The notes under the pieces: model-generated | What the model was told of the DNA's origin: nothing | The model's input: only the letters and a program-made list of their open reading frames with translations | Database searches by the model: none | Part shown: positions 1 to 12,290 of the stretch, one piece after another | Numbering within the stretch: the stretch's first letter is position 1 | Layout: each line of letters begins with the position of its first letter | Assembly (NCBI GenBank): GCA_905331295.1 | Contig: CAJNYD010000012.1 | Location: 310,001-374,000, forward strand | Source of the DNA: Rotaria socialis | Taxonomy: Eukaryota | Length of the DNA: 64,000 bases | Direction of reading: 5' to 3' | Program-made: the position numbers and the translations under genes

Positions 1-1004
1 TTCTGTATCACCAGGAACTTTCAGAAACGAAAGAGCTTGTTCCTTATTAACAGTTGAAGAAAAAAATGAATTCACTGAAATAAATTGTCCCACATATTTT
101 TGTAAAGTTTGCAGCTCAGCACTTGTTATCATTTGTCCACGATAAACCCGTAGAGATTTCTTTGCTTGATAATATTTCAGTTGATGAGAAATATCAGCGA
201 TAAATGTACGAAATAAAAAAGTCAAATGAATATTTTCTGTACGTAAAACAGCATTAAGAGTTTTGTAAAAGAATGAATCTCGTGTATACCACCACAAGAC
301 TTTATCAGGTGAATAATGTTTTCGAAATTCGTGAAGATTGCTTAACTCAAAATGATTGTCTTTATGCTCGTTTTTACAAACTTTAATAAGTTCTCTTTTA
401 TCCTTTCTGGTGTATTGTAGTCGTAGAAGGCAATCAATAAGAACTTGTGAAAAAACAAATTTTCCATTGACACCATCTGTTGATTTACCTTTAGTGTAAA
501 TATTAATTGAGAATGGTTCTTCGACAATTTTCTGAATTCTATGATCCTTTCTAATTCGAGAAACGAGTTTATCAAGTTTAGTAATAACAGCTTTTACCTA
601 TCAATAAAAGAACATGATAAAGCAAAAGTAGAAATCATTGAGTGCAGTTTTACTTTTGTAAAATGGAGAGCCCATCGTTCGTTTCTGCCCTTATCCATAC
701 AGTACACATAGATTGATATAACTTGCCGAAGTTTGTGAATAAAAGGAACTATTTTTTCTCCCATTCGGCCACTAACAATCATAACTACTCGTTCATATTG
801 CGATCGTTCACTAATATATTTTTGGCATTTTGTTATATCATGGAATTTCTCAAGACGATTAATAATAGAACGTAAATTTTGTTCTGTATCTCGATAGTCT
901 TTGGAGTTTGTATTAGCATCGAGCCAGATAAGACAGAAAATGCCAAGACGCCTTTCATTATCTTCTGTATGAACGTGATCTATTGGTAGCGTAGCAGTAG
1001 CCAT
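1..1004 (-). CDS. Receiver-like N-terminal domain + ADP-ribosyltransferase (ART) domain protein; 3' end runs out of the window
   Basis: ATG at 1004; exon 1004-654 (LIWLD...IVSG.MG...IYVYC); GT-AG intron 653-598; exon 597-1 is open and encodes WWYTRDSFFYKTLNAVLR...VYRGQ...NSFFSST, the ART-fold motifs of a family expanded in bdelloid rotifers. Confidence 0.8.
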
Positions 1005-1010
1005 GGTAGT

Positions 1011-1021
1011 CAAGATGGCGG
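1011..1021 (-). promoter_or_regulatory. YY1-type motif CCGCCATCTTG just upstream of the ART gene ATG
   Basis: Matches the YY1 consensus CCGCCATNTT; the same core CGCCATCTTG recurs at 27099-27108 upstream of AARS2. Confidence 0.4.
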
Positions 1022-1683
1022 AGTAGTATAGAAGTTTGGAATGTTATCACTTCAATCCAATTATCGAATGTAAATGTATTCTTTTAGAATCTCAAACAAA
1101 TGTTCGATATTCTCTTTTATTATTATAGTTGCTGAGATTTATCATGCCACGGTTGATGAGAAAAAAAGAGTTAGATACTCGTGTTTGTTGGCGAAAATGA
1201 ATTCTTCTCGTATTCTTCGTCTTCATAGGCACGATTTTGAACGATGATGGAAGGTAATAATCAAAGTTCTTTATTTCTTTTCTCGTTTGGTCATCCAAAT
1301 GGATGCTAAACTCAATCACACTATCTTCCACTACCGCGGGGGGCNCTTCCCATCCCCCCCCCCCCCGCCCCATTATACAAGACCCCCTGCAGAAAAAGTT
1401 CGACAGACGTAATAGAAGATCCTCCCATTTTTTTATTAAGTTTTTGCTAATTACGAATTGTAATTAGTGTTTTTTCATCAAAATATGCCAGATTTGTAGT
1501 ATTTTAAGCTGGAAATATTAAGAGAATATGCTTAATATTGTAGTAACACCGTGAAAACCCAGAAACTCGCCTTCATTTTCTGGAAAATCTTTTTAATTAA
1601 ATATTAGGAAAAAATATGGTTGTTAATAGGAACTTGGTGGAAAAGAGCGAACAGGAAAATAGTGAAAGAAAGACAAAGAAAAC

Positions 1684-1995
1684 GAGGGGTGTCCAAGGAC
1701 TGAGGATTAGGAATTCCTCATCAGTTCCCCTACAGTTCCTTGCATGCTAAAGGTAAAAATATGGAATATTCACGATAATTTTTGTTCCTACACTCGTTTT
1801 TACTTGCAAAATTGTGAGAATCAATGATTTCATGCAAAAATTATTTTTAAAACAGCAATATCGCGACTTTCGTGAATGGTGGAACTGTGAAGGAGCCAAT
1901 AGTTGATTCCCATTTCCTCTAGGAATTATCACAACGACACTGACAATTCCTCGGCACATTAGGAATTCCTATTTCTCAGTCCTTGGACACTGCTG
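1684..1995. mobile_element. ~310-bp MITE, copy 1
   Basis: TIRs GTGTCCAAGGACTGAG..AGGAATTCCT / AGGAATTCCT..CTCAGTCCTTGGACAC; a highly similar inverted copy lies at 11480-11791; no TSD found. Confidence 0.85.
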
Positions 1996-4774
1996 CTGCT
2001 GACAGTTGTTCTAATGTATAGACAAAACAATTTGAAAAATGTTGATATTTCTTTTAATAAGAACATGATGAGGATTTAAATTATTTTAATTTTCGGGATA
2101 CAGAAAAAATCTTAGGTCTAAAAATTGTAATACTTCTCATGAAAAACTAGCTAAGGATTCATAATATGTGATGAATTTTGATTTACGTGAAGAACATCAA
2201 TATTGTTTAGATCATTATATTATTATTCATGAAAACTAATCATATTTTTCGAATCAATTTTTTCCATCTATTCGGATAACAACGAGAAACCAATATTTCT
2301 ATATCATGTGTGTTTTTGTTTTCTTGTAACCTGAATAAATATTTCTGTAATTTATCTTGAAAAATGAATGTTTGCACTAGACTTCTAGTTCAAATATTAA
2401 AATAATCGCTATATATATAATTATCAGATTTCTAAGCAGGATTTTAATTTGAGAAAAAAAAACAGATAGTGGTATTTAAGGAATTATTCACGTACATTAT
2501 GGTAGCTTATAGTGAATGAGCATAAGGTTTGAATCTGGCCACTATTGACTCACGCCCACGAAATGGAGATCCTTCAAAAGTTTGTCTCGTTGATACGAGA
2601 ATCGAACACACATTGTTTCGAACATTTTCAACAACATTAATATCTCAATCGGAGACGTAGACCACAGGGTTCAAGCATGCACACCCTAAATTTCTGAAAT
2701 TTGTAGTATTGTTAAAAGTTTTTGAATTACATTGTCATTATGGATGTCTGCTTCTGATTCCGTTTCTTAGGAACACTCAACTCGGACACTCCAAGTTACG
2801 ATTTAGCTATCTAGATGATGGAATTTTGAGTATAGCTTGAAAAAACTTATCAATCAATCGTTCAAAAGTGAAATCAATTTCATATGATTTAATAAGTATG
2901 ATTCTGATTTTGGCATTCTTATAATTAGCTACTTACTCGAAAGAGCTAAACGAAGTCCAATTTATGAAGAAAACTATATACCGAAACGTCGTTGATTAGT
3001 TTGACTTTATAGTGTTCTATAAGTAGCGCTGCTTATTTATTTTTTATACTAATATTTATAGTACCTATGTTGAAAGAAACGTTTCTGCGCTTTTCTTATC
3101 GTTATTTATTTGAAATAGGCTTTTTTATCTTTTCTTTTACATACTCAGTCGAGAGCATATATTTTCACAATACATACACGAAATGATTTGCCTGAGTAAT
3201 TTGCACATGGGAAATATGGTCGACAAAATAACGTCAAAACATATTTATGTATCAAACCTAATCGAAAAACTAGGTAGTTGAAAACATCAAATTAGTTTGT
3301 ACTTTGAAATACTTGGTATCTTACATTCATGTATGAATATAACTCAAAACAAAAACAAATCGATGGTTATTCTCTAACGCAGTTGATATTGGCTTCTTGC
3401 AATCGTACATACACTTCTCTCTATATTATATTTGAGGGTGGGGATGAGTGCGTATAGCAGTCAAATCAAGTAGATTTGAAGCCAAAAGATAACGTTTCAT
3501 CTTTGCTTAAGGGACTCATAAGGTATCTTTAAAATATATTCCTACATATAATTAAAGCAGTAAATAATAAAGAACTATTCGCTGTTTTTTAAGATGTTCA
3601 ATTGAAAGCTCTCATAAAGACCTGTATCATAGCTTGTAAACTGACTGTAAGAGCATGTCTAACATGACGAGTATTGCTCAGCTTGTTCAGATTTGTTTTT
3701 TATTAGATGAAAATGACATGTGTTTTTTAATGCATTAGATTGAACTGATGCATGGAGTAGTCTACATTATTTATGTTGTAATACATATATCTACATTCAC
3801 TCATGGGATTATTTTTTTTGGTATGTTTTCAACATGAGAAGGATCAATTACAATTGTCGGTAGAATTTATGGCTTGCAATTGATTCCTATAATGGATGTT
3901 CGTGAAAATAAAAAGTTCTTTCTAGGAATGTTTTGAATTTTAATATTCTCTTATATGTTTATCGGACTATTGAAAGCGACATATCAATTCAGAATATTTA
4001 TTTGCTTTTAGACTTCATTCACACAGAAATCCTCGTACTACAATAGAGAAATAAAAATTACGTAAAACACTATAGCTATTTTTATTCGTATTCGTATGTA
4101 TTTATGATGAGTCATCGGTTGTTCAATCTTTTTCCTTTTTCGTTAAGATTTGTTATCGGAGCCGTTAGTTTATCAAAATTATTTCGAGGATTGCGTTGGT
4201 ATTCGCCAATAGTCGAATTTCGACACTTTCTAACGATAGTCTTCATGTGCATTTTAACTTGTTCACTATTAATAAAAATTTTCTTCTATGTTTTTGTAGT
4301 TTGATTTGTTAAGTCAATAACATGAATACATAGTGTTCTTGTCCCAAATTTTTGTTTACAGCACTATGGGTGATTGCAGTGGATCTTTTAGTGTAGCATT
4401 CGCTTTCGTCAATTTATAATTTATTTGTTAGAAATAACAAGTGGCTTCATTATTTGAGCAGAAGTTTATATATTCCTATACGATGTCATTATACTTGTCC
4501 AATAGACGAGTAGTCGTCATACAGAATAATAAATGTGACAAACAAATGAAATCATCTCCTTTTCTTTGTTGGTGATACATTCTCTTCAAAGAAAATCCTA
4601 TATAAATCAGTGGCACATCAGAATTGATATTGAGAATGACGAAGACAAAAATACACTGAACTATTCATGGTGAAGTCACTACTGTCTCAATAGAATAGAA
4701 TAGAATTGATAAGTTCTTCAAATCGTGACGTGGTTAAATATGAAAAAGTTGAAAGAAAATAATTCAAGACATAT

Positions 4775-5586
4775 TTTTTGTATGTTTTTTGTGTACTCAA
4801 AAAAAAAGAGTACACTATAGAATCGGTCAGTGTGTCCGACCGTCCGTTTATTCGATAACTCTTTACAATTACATTCGATTGAGCTGAAATTTTGTGCACA
4901 GAATTGTCTTATCAATATCTAGATCGAGTTCGAAGATGAGAAGGATCCGTCAAGAAATGGCTGAGTTGTCGAAAAAATTGTCATTTTTGATCAGACCATC
5001 CCTGAGGGGGAGGGAGTAGAGGGATTTTTCAAAAAACCATTTTCTCAGAATTATTCACAACATATATAAATCGACTCAGTTTTTAACGCTGATTCCGAAT
5101 TTGATATTGGTTTTGAACTAAATCATAGCTTTCTAACGAAACATTGACTGAGAAAGGTCTCAAAATACACAAAAACTGCATCTAGAAACCAAATTACCTA
5201 GATATGTCTCAGATGACCAGCAGTTTGGGGGTTTTTCAAACGTCTGGTTTTGTAGCTAGTCAAAAGGACTATCGAAAGGTAAAAAACCGAACTCGATTGC
5301 TATTACTATTGATGATTTATTATGAAAATACTGATGCCCGTATCTATCATATATCTCTTATAAATTCATGAGGTTGCTTACGATCGTAATCCCGCTAGAT
5401 ACAAACACAAAACCATTCAAAAATAACTGTTCTTATCCAGTTTCCGAAGCTGAACACGAATCTGAGCTCAATTTCTGTGATCTCTAAAGATATTATATCA
5501 CGCTGAGAGTAGAGTCAGTGATCACTGGATAGAGTTGCATACAGTGCGGTTCATGCTAACTTAGCATGCCTGTATTTTCTTCTTGT
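4775..5586 (+). mobile_element. Helentron/HINE (DINE-1-like) non-autonomous element
   Basis: T-rich 5' edge; 5' inverted repeat GTGTACTC-A9-GAGTACAC (4791-4815); GTCCGACCGTCCG microsatellite; 3' hairpin CATGCTAA-C-TTAGCATG (5552-5568) followed by TTCTTCTTGT. Same layout as DINE-1/HINE elements; boundaries approximate. Confidence 0.6.
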
Positions 5587-5914
5587 AATTTAGTGAGAAG
5601 GGATGTATCTTGATGAGATCTATGCCTTACAGGAAAAAAATGGATGCACATTTTCGCTTTTTGAAGTACACATAACAATCGGATGCAAATCCGATGTTTC
5701 CGCATTTTTTATTGATGATACACGGAATGATAGTAAAAAGACGATCACGAATTGTTAATCGTTACTCAACATTGTTTTATGAAACTAATATAACAAATCA
5801 TTTCGTCCTTTGTTAAAACATGTTCTATTTTATTTAATTACAGTGCTTAGAAGAAGAAGAAAGAAAATGAAACATATAAACACGAAAGAAAAATGCAAAA
5901 AGAAACACAAATGT

Positions 5915-7670
5915 TCACCGACCAAGATGATTTGGCGGTTCTTGATGAGTAGATTTATGCATAGCAAGTGTTCGTGACTGACAAAAACCTTTACCACAAT
6001 CATGACATTTAAATGGTTTTTCTATAAAATAAAAAATAAACATTTTCATTCCATTCCTCATGCATTTATTTATTTACCTTTCGAATGGGTATATCTATTG
6101 AAAAGAAAAGATATGATTCGTTAAGAAAAAAAATGGATTTATAATTAAATAAAACTTACTTATGATCTCTCAAATGATCTTGTCGTCGAAAAGCTTTAAA
6201 ACACAAGTCACATATATATGGTCGTTCATCGGTATGCGTTCGAACATGAATTAATAAATTATATGATTTTGTAAAATGACGATTACAATATTGACATATA
6301 TGTTCTTTGGCTCTTTTTTTGCTACAATTATAATTAGTTTTGAAATGTGATATATACGTATATATATATTCATTGAAAATTCAAACAAATAATTTACCGT
6401 TTAGTACCACTGATACTAGTGTGTTTATAAGCATTGTTTGTTTGATATGAACGTCGAGATAGTTTATTTAAAGTATTTTTATTGGTTATCAATACTGGTT
6501 GAAATGCCGAATGAGTTGAAGAGTTAGAATGTTTACTAAATATTAATTTGAGTAAGTTTTTTTTTGGTAAATATACATGTTTAAATCTTTAGATTTTCTT
6601 CATTCGATATCAATTATTTATTTACTTGACATCGATAGAAATCAATCGTGAGACTAGTGATATAGAAATATTCATTCTATCATAGAAAATACTTGAAACT
6701 ACGAGCTAATCAAAATATGTACTTGATTTTTGTAAAGAAATCTATTAACAAAATGTTTTATTTGTTTTCTTTGTCTATTTTCTTCTAATTATCAAGAGAA
6801 AGTGAATACAGGCGTCAGTTATTCGGTCCTCATCTTATCTAGATAGTCTCAATTATCCGATAACCATCATCATCATGACCATCTACTTCTTCGTCTTCTT
6901 CTCCTTCTCCTCCTTCTCCTTCACTCGCACTCTAGTGTGATGATGATCATCATGATGATGACAACAACTCAACTAATCTTTGCCCCAGAAGTCCAAACAA
7001 ACAAATAAACAAAACAAAGACATATACAACACTTACAGAGTAGTATGAGAGGTAAGTAATGAAACACCACTAGTGATAGCAGCTGGTGCTGGTTGAGAAG
7101 ATGCTGTTGATGATAAAGATAAATCAATTTTGTTACTACTGATATCCGATGATGTTGTAGGAATCAATATTTCTTTCTTATCTTTAACAGCTTCATCGGC
7201 TAGTTTAGCAAAATTAAAACGTTTGTGTGGAGTATTTGGTTTTCGTTTTTCTACTGATAAAGATTCTTTGAATGAAACGAGAAAAATCAATGATTAAATA
7301 AAGAAAAGCAAGAAAAAAAGAATCACGAAAAATTAATATGGAACTTACCATCTAAAAGATGAGTTCGTTTGATTCCACGATCAATGATTTCATGTGTTTG
7401 TTGTTGATTTTGAAGAGAAAATAAATGAGGAAAATAAAATTGATATAATGCTTGAGCAGCAACTGTTGTTGGAGTCTGTTGTTTACGTGAATCTATTGTT
7501 GGATTCATTGTAAAATTTGCTGGTAGAAGAGATGCTATTGAATTTGGAGGTGGTGGATAAATATTAATTAAAGTTCGAATTTGTGTATTATTCAATGAAA
7601 TGGCAGGCATATATGAAGAATCTAGTGTAGCACAGAATTTATTCGGATTTGGAATAAATACAGGCGACAT
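5915..7670 (-). CDS. osr: Odd-skipped-related C2H2 zinc-finger transcription factor (3 fingers)
   Basis: Exons 7670-7349, 7265-7037, 6535-6398, 6321-6160, 6094-6078, 6021-5915, all GT-AG and phase-compatible. They give ..KRFNFAKLA.. (Osr RFDFANLA-like) and [77 protein letters not shown]. Confidence 0.93.
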
Positions 7671-10600
7671 TGAAAAATTCGTATCTATATGTATCAAACA
7701 AAAACAAAAGAAAAAAAATATATATCTTATTCTATTCTGACGTTTTATCGAATCAAATAAATGAAATTTTTGTTGCTTCTGAAATGATCATAAAATTTTC
7801 TGGGACAACCCATGGTGAGAGTATGTCATAAATGGAGACACAATTAGGGCTCTCATCGCAAGTATCATGTTTTTTTTATAACTGAAACGCTATTTACCTC
7901 AACTTGTTGATGTCATATCTCTATTTATATCTATAGACATATACATACTATATAAACCTACCGAGAATATTTTTAGTTCAAACGAAACTTTTTCCAGTTG
8001 AGATATGAAGGAAATAAAATATGTTTCTATCCTACTTAGAAATCAAAGAGATTACCAATAGTAATGTCGAAGTTATGATAATCATTTTTTTCTCTGCCTT
8101 CTTCTCTCGATCTCTGCTTTAGATTCTTTCTTTTTCTGCTTCTCTCCAATTCGGCACAGTAAATATATAGAGATATCTCATGATGAGTGTATGAGTAGTC
8201 GAGCTCGCTCCCGGTTTGTTCTAGAAAGAAAAAAAAAGCCAATCGGTAGGGCAGTAGCAACCAATGAGAATTATTATCCAATGAGAATTCATCTGTTGAT
8301 AAGAATAAAAATGAAAAAAAACATAGGAATAAAAAAAACGAACGATCGAATATATGCATATGTACACACCGAATTAGTGACAAGCAGCGGCAAGTGTCCT
8401 TTTTTTTCTTAAGTTTTAAGCATGCGTGAAAGTTAATCTGAGAGTAATGATATTATTGATAACAGTGAGAGGCCACTTCGTTTAAGTGTATGCAAGAGTA
8501 GACGGTTTTAATTTTACTAGTGCCAAGAAATTTTAATTTTTTGTTTTGGATAATCTCATCATAACAATTAGCATCTTTTTTTCTGATCAAACGAGCGGTG
8601 AGTGCTGGTCGATCCGTGACGAAAATGAAACGGAGGATTCACACATATAAATTTTTTTCTCAAATTTTTTGTTATTTTTTATATATTTGCCTTATTAATC
8701 TCGCACGCACATATGCCGCCAAGGAGTGAATCGAATCAATCATACACGCGCACATATCACTTCGGAAATGATAGTTTCGTTTTTCCTTTTAGATATGAGC
8801 ACGTTTCATCGATGTAATAGTTCTATCTTGATCTCTTTGAAATTTACAAATTACCTATATTTCATACAATCATAAAACTCTTCCTAACTTTTTGTTGTGT
8901 TTTATTTGTTACTACTGCTAGATTGATGAAGCAATCTTTTTGACTTTTTCATTTTATAGAATGAGATGTTGGTCACTTGAATCAAATAGGAGTGATAAAA
9001 TTTCACACCGTTTTACAACAATTTCGTTTCATCTTTTGAAGGCTTTTTTCTCTTGTCTTCTTTCGTTCTCTTTTTTTTCTCTTCATTGATTTATCCAACC
9101 ATTTTAACAGCTTTTAAAAGACTAATCAACTCTATCGATACTCATACAATATTGATTTGACACATCACAGATATAAAAATCTTAGAGTGAGAACGAATAA
9201 AACTCAATCGCTTGCATAATTGAGCAAATAACAAGTGTGAAAGATGAAAATACCGTTTGTACTTCAATTAATAAACATCTTTAACATGATCTGTTGCAAT
9301 ACAATGAAAACGAAACATGCACGTTGTTTTTCCATTTCATCACATTAAAACTTATCGCTTATCGATTCCATACCGTATAAACGTTATTTACACAGAAATT
9401 ATAGTATTAATAATTACTTGAATAGTTATTTCCTAAAAGAAATTATTCCTATTGAAATAAACTTGATTCATGTATCTTTCATTCATTAAATTTGTAGTAG
9501 ACTCTATGAATATCAAAAATAATATTAAAAAAAATTGACTTTTTTCTCTCATTTACACAGACTTACAATTGTATCTTATGATAAATATACCATAATTTTA
9601 CTATTTCTAAAGTAGTGCAATACTTGATTGAATGTAAGAGCGTTTTTATATTATTTTAGATATCATACAAATTTAGATTTAAAGATTTTTTTTATTAGTC
9701 TATACTATATTAATAGTATACATGAAACAAAATAGATCTCACAGAAAATAACATAATATAGGTTTTCATCTTTTATTATTATTATTATTATTATTGAATG
9801 GTGTATTTAATTTCAATCAGATTATGACGAAATATTTGTTCTTGTAGTCTATACTACTTTCAATACAAAAGCCATCCATTAGAAGAAAATTGTGCAAAAG
9901 TTTGCTTCAATTTCTTTTTCTTGTTTTACGAATAACAGATTGAAAACATTACAAAGAAAAAAAAGTTCTCGAATCCATCTGATGCCGACTGATTACAGGA
10001 TCAAAGTCCAATGACATACTTTTCGACTGTACAGTCTTTTGTACTCTTTAATTGAAACGTTTGTACCGCACAAAATTAGCTTTTTTCTTTTTCATTGGTA
10101 CACTGCTACGACTCGAGTTACATTGAATTTTAATCGGACGCGTTCTCGAGAACATATTTCGTGGACATTCTCTTCTGCTCTTCTTCTGTTTCCTCTCTTG
10201 TCCATCATTATCGTGTTTGTGTTTTACAGAATATACATACATGAAACGGTATCCAACCGGTGCATATGTTGGTAATTACGAGAAAACGAATGTGCAAAAT
10301 GTGAGAACGAATAAAAAAAATATGTAAAAAAGTCATTTACTGATTGATGAAGAGAAGAAAAAAGGAAAATAATGATGACGATGATGATGACTTTCTAGTG
10401 AGAAGAGAAACGAACAGAGATTGATATCGAGACTGCTCACTTTTCGCACCTTACTCATGTAAAAAGAACGAGATGAGTCTGTGTTCGCGGACAATTATAA
10501 TAATAGACACAAAAGATGATCCATCCATCATTAATCAATTATTAAAACAAAATAGAAACTGATTCTTGTTCTAATCTACAAATAAATCCAAATGGGTACA

Positions 10601-11479
10601 TAAGTTTCCGGATTTGCTATATGGTTCTCTACGCAAGTAATGTTAGATATTATATTTTGAAGAGAGTCGATACATGTGAATTTTAATCTGTGCATCAAAC
10701 AAAAAAATAGAGAATATCGATAAATCGACTAGAACACGAATAAGAAACAATGACATCCACGAAGAGATAGTAGAATTCATCATTTTCTACAAAATTGGAA
10801 TAAAACTAACAATGGTACCTATTGGAAGAATATGACTAATTGATTTGCCATACTTTCGAAGCTTATCAATGTGACTTTTTGGTAATAAATAAATGATCAA
10901 ACATTATGAATGTTAACTATCATATCTCATGTTAAAATATTGAACAATTGGAGATTTCTAAAGTTCGTGCAAGTAATAAATATTGTTGACTGATTAAGTG
11001 ATTGGTAACTAATTCTAATTTTTTTGTCGAAGAAAGCTATATTTAGAGATATTCATAGTTGATTTTAATTTGTTCACATTATTTATCGAAATTTATAACC
11101 TTTCGAAACAATTTATCACTTACATATATAAGCATGCTAAACGTTATAAAATATCTACGAATAAATGTAAATAATATGATATCAATCGTTCTATTTGGTA
11201 TATGTTTACCTACGTATGTTATTTACTTGTCACTATGACATTTCATTTTTTGGCAACTGTTTTCTATTCGCTTCGTTCTTTTTTTTTACTATGTACAGAG
11301 ATGTACCCTCTGTTGTGCTGCTGTTTAAGGATAGAAATTTTAAAACAATCACATTGAAAAAACTTTGCACATTTCGATAGTAGAGTTACCACACTCTTTC
11401 ACTAATCTCTACTAATGAAAACATCTATCTAACGAGTACGAATACTGTAGATATGCATTAAAACAACAATACACGAAAC

Positions 11480-11791
11480 CAGCAGTATCCAAGGACTGAG
11501 AAATAGGAATTCCTAATGTGCCGAGGAATTGCCAGGGTCACTGTGATAATTCCTGGAGGAGATGGGAATCAACTATCGGTTCCTTTACAGTTTCACTATT
11601 CACGAAAGTCGCGATATTACTGCTTTAAAAATAATTTTTGCATGAAATTATTGATTCTCAAAATTTTGCAAGTGAAAATGAGTGTAAGAACAAAAATTAT
11701 CGTGAAGATTCCTTATTTTTACCTTTAGTATGCAAGGAACTGTAGGGGAACTGATGAGGAGTTCCTAATCCTCAGTCCTTGGACACCTCTC
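11480..11791. mobile_element. ~310-bp MITE, copy 2 (inverted relative to copy 1)
   Basis: Reverse-complement similarity to 1684-1995 over its whole length; the near-identical spurious ORFs 1747-1959(-) and 11516-11728(+) derive from it. Confidence 0.85.
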
Positions 11792-12290
11792 ATTAAATGA
11801 GAGATTAATATGCTTCAAAAGAAGATCATCATTGTATCAAATGATATTTGTCAACTTGTTATGAAGTGACATCTATCATCGAAGAAATTGAGTAGCAAAT
11901 TTTGTGTGTTAATATTCACTCTCTTGTATAGAAGCATACATCACATTCTAATGTAATCAATAAACCATTGATATCGATTGACGGATACATTTTTCAAGGT
12001 TCATAGTTTGTCAACCATAGTCCCCATCCATTGTACGCGAAAGAACAATAATTCTCTTTTTTTATTTTGCCTGTTCTTAGACATTTTTCTGTCACGTGCA
12101 TCACATATTGATTTGTTTAAGATTTCGAACAATTTTTTTTTTGCAATTATAATTGATAAAGTGAATAATCAATGAGAGATTAGTTATTTTTTATTTTTCT
12201 AGATTATATGTATTATTATTATTAAACGCTATCTGATCTGTAAACATTTCAAGTCAAATATTATCATCGGCTTTGGCCGATTCAAGTAAA

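Noticed and set aside
342..575. 77-aa ORF on the minus strand
   Set aside because: Off-frame overlap of the ART gene's second exon.
1092..1373. 93-aa ORF starting MGRGGGG
   Set aside because: Starts in a homopolymer run containing an N; no recognisable domain.
1747..1959. Paralogous-looking 70-aa ORFs (also 11516-11728)
   Set aside because: Both lie wholly inside MITE copies; the similarity is at DNA level.
8036..10275. Short Phe/Lys-rich ORFs upstream of osr
   Set aside because: Composition reflects A/T tracts; no motifs or coherent splice structure.
12208..12225. uORF MYYYY* before CNOT1
   Set aside because: Arises from a (TAT)n microsatellite; not distinguishable from chance.
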